From positions 9,400 through 73,399 of the forward strand of contig JBKBKS010000001.1 of NCBI GenBank assembly GCA_046294565.1: a stretch of 64,000 nt of DNA, given 5' to 3'. The position numbers and the translations under genes are program-made. This document shows positions 46,885 to 53,485 of the stretch, piece after piece; position 1 is the stretch's first letter; every line of letters begins with the position of its first letter. The DNA comes from Fimbriimonadales bacterium. Lineage in GTDB: Bacteria > Armatimonadota > Fimbriimonadia > Fimbriimonadales > GBS-DC. The notes under the pieces were generated by a model that was given only the letters and a program-made list of their open reading frames with translations, did no database searches and was not told the DNA's origin.

Positions 46885-47042
46885 TGCAGAGATATGCCTA
46901 CCACTGCGCATGAGGTTTTTTCGTGGACCCTGGCGACTGGCTTTCGGTAATAAGCCGAACCGATGAGTACCACGATGTTGGTGGTGCTTACTACCAGCAG
47001 CGCCTGCGTAATCGTACCCCGCTTTTCACTTCAGACTGCGTG

Positions 47043-47372
47043 CTATTGCTTCAAAGCCTTCACGATAGGGACGCCTTTCATGACGGCGTAGAGGGAGGTC
47101 AAGCGTTGCTGCCCATCGACGACGAGTAAGCGTGGAGGCTTCTGCTTGGCTACTACGCCAATAGCTCGGTTCGTGTTGTTGGCGCCGTTCTCCCAAAAAA
47201 GCAGATACCCTATTGGGAAGCCGCGATACATAGAATCGAACAGGTCGCGCACTTTGGCGCGCGACCAGACAAAGGGGCGCTGGATATCGGGCAAACCAAT
47301 TTCGCCCATATGGATGTCCTCGATCAATTTTTTTAGGGCGTAGTCGACCTTCTTGAAAAGAACATCTGCCAT
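47043..47372 (-). pseudogene. N-terminal stub of a DUF262 (GmrSD/ParB-nuclease-like) protein
   Basis: IQRPFVWS...LFDSMYRGFPIGYLLFW...VVDGQQRLTSL are DUF262 signature motifs. The ORF stops after 109 aa and only about 155 nt remain before the neighbouring gene. Lower GC. Confidence 0.7.
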
Positions 47373-47492
47373 CGTATCCCTCCACGCTTGCAAACATTGG
47401 CGTTGTTGGAAAAATGTACCCGATGTGCTGCCTGATAAAAGTGGGTATCATTCTCCTCGAGTTGGCGCGTTCAGCAGGAAGAGGTGCAACCG

Positions 47493-48170
47493 ATGGCGGA
47501 ATCGAGCGTGATTATTGCCCCGTCCATTCTCTCGGCGGATTTCGGCGCGATGCGCGAAGCCGTACTCGCGTTGCAAGACGGCGGCGCAGACTGGATCCAC
47601 TTCGATGTGATGGACGGGCGCTTCGTGCCGAACCTCACTTTCGGCGCGCCGATGGTCGCCGCCCTGCGCCCCCACTGCACGCTCCCCTTCGATGTCCACC
47701 TGATGATTGAACATCCTGAACACCTGATTGCCGACTTCGCGCAGGCAGGGGCAAATCGGATTACCGTACATGCGGAGGCGTGCGTGCATCTGCACCGCGT
47801 GGCGCAGCAGATACGCGAGCTGGGCTGCGGCGTCGGCGTCGCGCTGAACCCCCACACGCCGCTGGAAGCCGTGCGGTATATTTTGCCCGAGATCGACTTG
47901 CTGTTGGTGATGACCGTGAACCCTGGCTTTGGCGGGCAGGCGTTTATCGAGTCGATGAAGCCCAAAATCGCGGCGGCGCGCCTGCTGATTGAGCAATACG
48001 CGCCCCATGTGCTGTTGCAAGTGGACGGCGGCGTGTCGCCTGAGAATGCACGCGAGTTGGTTGCGCTGGGCGCGCGGGTGCTGGTGGCAGGCTCCAGCGT
48101 GTTCAGTGCGCCCACCCCTCAAGAGGGCGTCCGCGCCCTACAGTTCGCCCTCGTCAGTCAGAAGGTATGA
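47493..48170 (+). CDS. rpe: ribulose-phosphate 3-epimerase
   Basis: IAPSILSADFGAMREAV...DWIHFDVMDGRFVPNLTFG...MTVNPGFGGQ. Confidence 0.95.
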   Translation: MAESSVIIAPSILSADFGAMREAVLALQDGGADWIHFDVMDGRFVPNLTFGAPMVAALRPHCTLPFDVHLMIEHPEHLIADFAQAGANRITVHAEACVHLHRVAQQIRELGCGVGVALNPHTPLEAVRYILPEIDLLLVMTVNPGFGGQAFIESMKPKIAAARLLIEQYAPHVLLQVDGGVSPENARELVALGARVLVAGSSVFSAPTPQEGVRALQFALVSQKV

Positions 48171-48499
48171 AACTCAGACTCTCGTACCGCGCGTGGATGG
48201 CGGTGTTGCTGGCGCTGCTGGTGGGGCTAATCCCCCTGCGGCTGGTGATTCTGCGCGCCTTGCCGCGCGAGACCGCCGCCGATAAACGCGCGTGGCTCCT
48301 GTGGGCGAGCCTGCTGCTGATAGTCGCCGTCGTGTTGCTGTTTGCGCTCATCTGGCTCGCGCTCAAAGACATTAAGCAAATCCAAGAGCAGTACCGCAAG
48401 GCGCATCGCGAGGCGTTCGAGGAGCTAACCGAGCAGCTCCGCGCCGACTATCGACGCAAGCAGGCGCAACAGCGAGGAGAACGGAATGGCGCTGAGTGA
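48167..48499 (+). CDS. hypothetical 2-TM membrane protein
   Basis: 110 aa. The start overlaps the rpe stop (ATGA). Two hydrophobic helices and a charged tail. Confidence 0.5.
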   Translation: MKLRLSYRAWMAVLLALLVGLIPLRLVILRALPRETAADKRAWLLWASLLLIVAVVLLFALIWLALKDIKQIQEQYRKAHREAFEELTEQLRADYRRKQAQQRGERNGAE

Positions 48500-49640
48500 G
48501 CAGGATTTGCGTTGGATGCGCCGCGCCGTGCAACTCTCTAAGCGCGGCTTCCCCGCGCCGAACCCTCATGTGGGCGCGGTGATTGTGAAAGAGAGCGCGC
48601 TCGTCGGCGAGGGGTTCCATCCCTACGCAGGCGCGCCCCACGCCGAAATCTTCGCGCTCCAGCAAGCAGGCGAGCAGGCGCGCGGCGCAACCCTCTATGT
48701 CACGCTGGAACCCTGCTGCCACTTCGGACGCACCCCACCCTGCACCCAAGCCACCCTCGAATACGGCGTACGGCGCGTGGTGGTTGGCATGCTGGACCCG
48801 AACCCGCAAGTGGCGGGCAAGGGTATCGCCGAGCTGCAGCAGGGCGGCGTGCAAGTGGAACTGCTTAGCCCCGACATCCCCGCCGAAGCGAAACTCATCG
48901 AGCAGCTGGAAGTGGTCAATCGCATCTATCTCCACTGGCGTCGGCATAGGCGTCCGTTCATCACACTCAAAGCGGCGATGAGCTTAGACGGCAAGATTGC
49001 CACCCACACGGGCGATTCGAAGTGGATTACGGGCGAGCGGGCGCGCCGTTATGCGCATCGCCTCCGCGCCGAACACGCCGCCGTGCTGGTGGGCATCGAG
49101 ACCGTGCTGAAAGACCGCCCCCACCTCACCGCGCGACTGCCCAGCGTGAAGAACCAGCCCCTACGAGTGGTGCTGGACTCTAACTTGCGGCTCTCCTATC
49201 ATATGCGGGGATTTCAGCCTGTGTTGAATACCAAAGAGGCGGACACGCTGATTTTCTATGTGGACAACTACACGGACCGAAAGATGCCCAAGAAAGCGGA
49301 TTTGCTCAGCTCGCTGGGCGTGCAGTCGGTTCCGATTTATGTGGATCCCAGCGAGCCGCCGCGCGTGCCTGTGGAGGAGGTGGTGGAGAAGCTCGCGTAT
49401 CGCGGCGTCTCCAGCATCTTGGTGGAGGGCGGCGGACAGGTTGCGGCGTCGTTTCTGGAGGCGAGACTGGTGAATCGCATCGCCTACTTTTACGCGCCGA
49501 AGCTGATTGGCGGCGCGGCGGCGCGCACGGCGTTGGAGGGGCTGGGCGTGGCGCAGGTCGCCGACGCGCCCCACATCAAAAATGTATCGATTCGCAAGCT
49601 CGGCGAGGACTGGGTGGTGGAAGGCGATGTGGCGTATTGA
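48486..49640 (+). CDS. ribD: bifunctional riboflavin biosynthesis deaminase/reductase RibD
   Basis: Deaminase HAEIFAL...TLEPCCHFGRTPPC. Reductase half KAAMSLDGKIA...ILVEGGG. Confidence 0.93.
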   Translation: MALSEQDLRWMRRAVQLSKRGFPAPNPHVGAVIVKESALVGEGFHPYAGAPHAEIFALQQAGEQARGATLYVTLEPCCHFGRTPPCTQATLEYGVRRVVVGMLDPNPQVAGKGIAELQQGGVQVELLSPDIPAEAKLIEQLEVVNRIYLHWRRHRRPFITLKAAMSLDGKIATHTGDSKWITGERARRYAHRLRAEHAAVLVGIETVLKDRPHLTARLPSVKNQPLRVVLDSNLRLSYHMRGFQPVLNTKEADTLIFYVDNYTDRKMPKKADLLSSLGVQSVPIYVDPSEPPRVPVEEVVEKLAYRGVSSILVEGGGQVAASFLEARLVNRIAYFYAPKLIGGAAARTALEGLGVAQVADAPHIKNVSIRKLGEDWVVEGDVAY

Positions 49641-49658
49641 CGCCGTCGCCCGAACCCC

Positions 49659-50081
49659 CTAATCGCGCTCGCTGCGCCCTGAGACGGCGTTCGGCGCGTC
49701 GATGACCGCCTGCGGCGGCGCGTATACGAACACATGCTCGCTCACGCGCTCCACACTGCCCTCAATCGCGTAAATCACGCCGTTGAGGAAGTCGATGATG
49801 CGCTCACGCATGCCCTGTGGGGTTGAAGCGAGGTTGATAATCTGCTGAACGCCCTCTTTCAGCCCGTCGGCGGCGACACGCGCGTCTTCCAGGCTGTGCA
49901 GCTCCTTGCGGATGCAGATGTGGTAGGGGTGGAAGCGTCGGTAGCGTGCGTCAGTCGCGTTCGCGGGCAGGGCGTCGCCGTCTTCTGTGTGGCGGTCTAA
50001 TCCCACCAGCGAGCGCAGGCGCGCCCACATATTCGGACGGTCTTCGTAGTGTTCCTCCATCTCCTCGTAGTATTGGCTCAT
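49659..50081 (-). CDS. sepF: cell division protein SepF
   Basis: C-terminal DUF552 pattern SLEDARVAADGLKEGVQQIINLAS...RIIDFLNGVIYAIEG. ATG 50081 has SD GGAGG 5 nt upstream. The ORF-track start 50114 lies in a hairpin loop. Confidence 0.8.
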   Translation of the reverse strand: MSQYYEEMEEHYEDRPNMWARLRSLVGLDRHTEDGDALPANATDARYRRFHPYHICIRKELHSLEDARVAADGLKEGVQQIINLASTPQGMRERIIDFLNGVIYAIEGSVERVSEHVFVYAPPQAVIDAPNAVSGRSERD

Positions 50082-50104
50082 CGGTACCTCCATGTAATCT
50101 TGTG

Positions 50105-50235
50105 GCTTGGACATTCCTGTCCAAGCGTGGCTCGTCGGCGAGGACGCCGACGCGACGGGTTGATTTTAGTCGGCGAGACGCCGACGCGACGGTTTGATGT
50201 TCGTCGGGGGTCCCCCGACGCGACGCGCGTGGCTT
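50105..50235. repeat. hairpin array: module C plus three tandem ~35-bp D units
   Basis: 50105-50126 GCTTGGACA-TTCC-TGTCCAAGC. D1 50133-50152 CGTCGGCG-AGGA-CGCCGACG. D2 50169-50185 GTCGGCG-AGA-CGCCGAC. D3 50202-50220 CGTCGGGGG-T-CCCCCGACG (the arms share the central t/c). Each D unit is followed by CGAC(G). Confidence 0.85.
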
Positions 50236-50237
50236 GT

Positions 50238-50912
50238 TCAGGCGCGTTCGCCAAACAGCGCAGTGCCAAGGCGCAGCATGGTGCTGCCCTCCTCGATGGC
50301 GATTTCAAGGTCGTGGCTCATGCCCATCGAGAGCCACTGGCGGTTCGACGCGGGCAGCGTCTCGTACAGGGCGCGCAGCCGCTGGAAGGCTCGGCGTATC
50401 ACGCGCTCGTCGTCGGTGTAGGGCGCAACGCCCATCAGCCCCTGCAGCTGCACCCCCTGCGCTTGACACGCCAGCTCAATCAGCGCAGGAGCTTCGTCGG
50501 GCGAGACGCCTGCGCGACCTTCCACATCCGCCAAGCGCACCTCAATCAGTACGGGCTGCACTACGCCGCGCTGCAACGCCACCCGTTGAACCTCTTGCAA
50601 TAAGGATACCCTATCTACCGCTTGTATTAATGCAAATCGCCCCACCACATATTTGACCTTATTCGTTTGGAGATGTCCGATAAAGTGCCACCGTATATCG
50701 TGGGACAATATGTTGAGTTTCTCACGCGCGTGTTGCCAGTAGTTCTCGCCGAAATCGCGCAGTCCGAGCGCGTAAGCTGCCTGAATCCGTTCGGGCGGTA
50801 CAGCTTTGCTGACCGCCACGACGCGGATTTCGGCAGGGCTGCGTCCACATCGTGCGCAGGCGTCAGCGACGCGCGCCTGCAGGGCTTGCCACCGTTCAGA
50901 TAGAGAGGTCAT
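50238..50912 (-). CDS. yggS: YggS-family PLP-binding homeostasis protein
   Basis: VVAVSKAVPPERIQAAYALGLRDFGENYWQ...WHFIGHLQTNKVKYV. ATG 50912 is preferred over the ORF-track start 50975. Confidence 0.88.
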   Translation of the reverse strand: MTSLSERWQALQARVADACARCGRSPAEIRVVAVSKAVPPERIQAAYALGLRDFGENYWQHAREKLNILSHDIRWHFIGHLQTNKVKYVVGRFALIQAVDRVSLLQEVQRVALQRGVVQPVLIEVRLADVEGRAGVSPDEAPALIELACQAQGVQLQGLMGVAPYTDDERVIRRAFQRLRALYETLPASNRQWLSMGMSHDLEIAIEEGSTMLRLGTALFGERA

Positions 50913-51654
50913 TCGATTCAGGCTCGCTCGGCTGCTGCTCGGCGGCGTGTTGGGCGGCTTCAGCGAACGCCTCATCTAACGCGCCGCTCTTGTGCTTTTT
51001 CGCGAGTTGCTCCAGACGCCCCGTCTCCATAAACCACACGCGCTCGGCGATGTTGGTGGCGTGGTCGGCGATGCGCTCCAAGTAGTGCGCGACCAAGAGC
51101 AACCATGCCGCCGCCGTCACATGCTCAGGGTTGGAGCGCATAATCTCTTGCAGCTGCGTGCGGACGCGCCGATAGATTTCATCCACTTCGTCATCTTGTT
51201 GGCATACATGAATCACTTTCTGCAGGTCGCGCTTCACATACGCCTCGATGCTGTCCAACACCATGCGCCGCGCGGCGTTGGCGAGGCGGGGGATGTCCAC
51301 CAGTTGTTCCACATGCGGCTCATCACGCAGTTTCCGCGCCGCCTTCGCGATATCGACGGCGTAGTCGCCTATCCGCTCGATATCGGTAATCATCTTCATA
51401 ATCGTGCCAATCGTGCGCAGGTCGCTGCCCATCGGCTGCTGCAGGGCAATCAGGCGCAAGCAGTTCGATTCGATCTCCACATCGATTTGATCCACCTCAT
51501 CGTCGCGGCGCAGCACCTGCTCGGCGCGTTTCAAATCGCCGCGCCAGAGCGACTCCACCGCATCCGCGACCATCCCCTCCACGATGCTTGCCATCGCAAG
51601 CACCTTCGTCTCCAACTCCTGTAGTTCTGCATCAAACAGTTGCCTCGTCATCAT
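50896..51654 (-). CDS. phoU: phosphate signalling complex protein PhoU
   Basis: Two PhoU repeats (...ITDIERIGDYAVDIAK..., ...AHYLERIADHATNIAE...). ATG 51654 lies 8 nt after TATAAT (51668-51663, minus). Confidence 0.9.
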   Translation of the reverse strand: MMTRQLFDAELQELETKVLAMASIVEGMVADAVESLWRGDLKRAEQVLRRDDEVDQIDVEIESNCLRLIALQQPMGSDLRTIGTIMKMITDIERIGDYAVDIAKAARKLRDEPHVEQLVDIPRLANAARRMVLDSIEAYVKRDLQKVIHVCQQDDEVDEIYRRVRTQLQEIMRSNPEHVTAAAWLLLVAHYLERIADHATNIAERVWFMETGRLEQLAKKHKSGALDEAFAEAAQHAAEQQPSEPESNDLSI

Positions 51655-51971
51655 GGAGGGCAATTATACCTAAACTACTAAGCTTTTGAAAATCGCGCGC
51701 GAGAACGCCCACGATTCTCCGAACCCTCTCGTGGCAGGGGCAAATCTTGTGGGGGGCGCAGTTGCCCCTACAACCGATTGGATTGAAAGCGTTTGAGCGT
51801 GTTATCAGCGTTAAAAAGCAGAAAAATCTTGTAAAAAGCTCTTATTAGGGTTTCTTGGCGGCTCGTGGCTACGAACGGCTGCTCGGATGTACATAACTCT
51901 TGCAGGAGTTCGAGGGGGATATGCTAATATATATGCCGACCCCGCAGGCGAGAGCAGGGACGCACACAGCG

Positions 51972-53372
51972 ATGCGCAGGGAGGACTTAGCACCTGAACA
52001 GTTGCGATTTGGGGAGGATGCAGCGGCGGCGCAGTTGCGTCGTGCGTGGCGGAATGTCATTCAGGCGTTGTTGCCCCGGATCGCGTCGTCGAGTCGTCGG
52101 TACTTGGAGGCGATTGAGCCGCTGGGCATCGAGGACGATTGCGTGCTGCTACGCCTTGATAACCCCTTCGGACGCGACTGGATGCAGCGGCGCCACCTGC
52201 GCGAGATTCAGGAGTTGCTCAGTCAGCAGTTGGGCTTTGCGGTGGCGGCGCGCTTGGTGGGCGCGGAGGAGGCGCCTGCTGCTGCGCCCGAGCCGCCCCC
52301 TGTAGCGACGCTGCCCGCCGCTGCGCCGCAGCCCCCGACGACTCCTGCCCCGCGCTTCCACCCGAACCTGACCTTCGAGACCTTCGTGGTGGGCAAGAGC
52401 AATCGGATGGCGCACGCCGCCGCTGTCGCCGTCGCCAACGGCGCGACCCACCGCTACAACCCACTCTTTATCTACAGCCCGCCCGGACTGGGCAAAACGC
52501 ACCTATTACACGCGATTGGACATGTCGCGCTGCGTCGCCAGCCGAACCTGCGCGTGATGTACCTTAGCGGCGAGGAGTTCGTGAACAGCTATGTGCAAGC
52601 GATGCGCCAGCAGAAAGCCGACGAGTTCCGCGAGCGACACCGCAGCGTGCAACTGTGGCTGATGGACGATGTGCAGTTCATCGCTGGCAAAGAGCGCACG
52701 CAGGAGGAGTTCTTCCACATCTTCAACAGTCTGCACGGCGCAGGCAAGCAGCTGGTGATGACCAGCGATAAGCCCCCGCGCGAGCTGGTGGGCATCGAGG
52801 AACGGTTGCGCACGCGCTTCGAGATGGGGCTATGCGCCGAGATTGACCCGCCCGACTTGGAGATGCGCATCGCCATCCTGCTCAGCAAGGCGGAGCGCGA
52901 CGGCGTTATCCTACCCCTCGATATCGCCGAGTTTATCGCCGACAAGGTGCAATCGAATGTGCGCGTGCTGGAGGGCGCGCTGACTCGCCTGGTCGCGCTG
53001 AGCTCGATTTCGGGCGAGCCGCTGAGCCTGAGCCTTGCCTCCGACGCGCTGCGCGCGTACTTGGTGGACGCGCCGCCCGTCAAAGCACCCTCCTTGGAAC
53101 GCATCGTCCAAATCGTGTGCGAGGAGATGGGCGTCCCGCCAAGCGAACTCAAAGGCGAGAGCCGCCGCAGTGAGATTGCTCAAGCTCGTCAGATCGCGGT
53201 GTTCATCGCACGCGAGGCGACGGGCGAGCCTTGGGCAAAAATCGCCGCCGCCATCGGACGCACCGACCACACGACGGTGCTGCACGCCTACAAACAAGCC
53301 CAGCAACGCATCCGCAACGACCCCAAGCTGCGCGAGCGCGTGCAATCCCTGCGCCAACGCATCGCGCGATAG
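51972..53372 (+). CDS. dnaA: chromosomal replication initiator DnaA
   Basis: AAA+ NPLFIYSPPGLGKTHLLHAIG, LMDDVQFIAGKERTQEEFFHIFN, domain IV ...IAQARQIAVFIAREATGEPWAKIAAAIGRTDHTTVLHAYK. The start is uncertain (51900-51972). Confidence 0.93.
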   Translation: MRREDLAPEQLRFGEDAAAAQLRRAWRNVIQALLPRIASSSRRYLEAIEPLGIEDDCVLLRLDNPFGRDWMQRRHLREIQELLSQQLGFAVAARLVGAEEAPAAAPEPPPVATLPAAAPQPPTTPAPRFHPNLTFETFVVGKSNRMAHAAAVAVANGATHRYNPLFIYSPPGLGKTHLLHAIGHVALRRQPNLRVMYLSGEEFVNSYVQAMRQQKADEFRERHRSVQLWLMDDVQFIAGKERTQEEFFHIFNSLHGAGKQLVMTSDKPPRELVGIEERLRTRFEMGLCAEIDPPDLEMRIAILLSKAERDGVILPLDIAEFIADKVQSNVRVLEGALTRLVALSSISGEPLSLSLASDALRAYLVDAPPVKAPSLERIVQIVCEEMGVPPSELKGESRRSEIAQARQIAVFIAREATGEPWAKIAAAIGRTDHTTVLHAYKQAQQRIRNDPKLRERVQSLRQRIAR

Positions 53373-53438
53373 CAGGATTCGGGAACTCTCCGTCTAAATT
53401 ACGCACCGTTGAGCGAAGGAAGGTGAATGTTCCCCTCA

Positions 53439-53466
53439 GAAGCCCCTGCCCCAACACAGGGGCTTC
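53439..53466 (+). terminator. hairpin downstream of dnaA
   Basis: GAAGCCCCTG-CCCCAACA-CAGGGGCTTC, a perfect 10-bp stem with no U-tract. Confidence 0.5.
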
Positions 53467-53485
53467 CCTACGGTACAATAAGCAG

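Noticed and set aside
46885-46925. Intrinsic terminator after the PASTA kinase gene (T6 run at 46915-46921)
   Set aside because: I could not find a convincing GC-rich stem immediately upstream of the T-run.
47448-48122. Two overlapping minus-strand ORFs (224 and 214 aa)
   Set aside because: They lie antisense to rpe, which has textbook motifs.
50105-50235. Possible CRISPR array (repeated ~35-bp palindromic units)
   Set aside because: The units are contiguous with no unique spacers. There are only three copies plus an unrelated hairpin, and no cas genes or leader. They fit REP/BIME-like tandem hairpins instead.
51664-51971. oriC with DnaA boxes upstream of dnaA
   Set aside because: I could not find any 9-mer within 1 mismatch of TTATCCACA on either strand. 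It is kept only as an open question in the findings, not called as a feature.
53231-53485. N-terminal extension of the 1079-aa ORF overlapping the dnaA 3' end
   Set aside because: It overlaps the conserved dnaA domain IV and the downstream hairpin. The GG-TACAAT -10 plus ATG 53486 gives a cleaner start.
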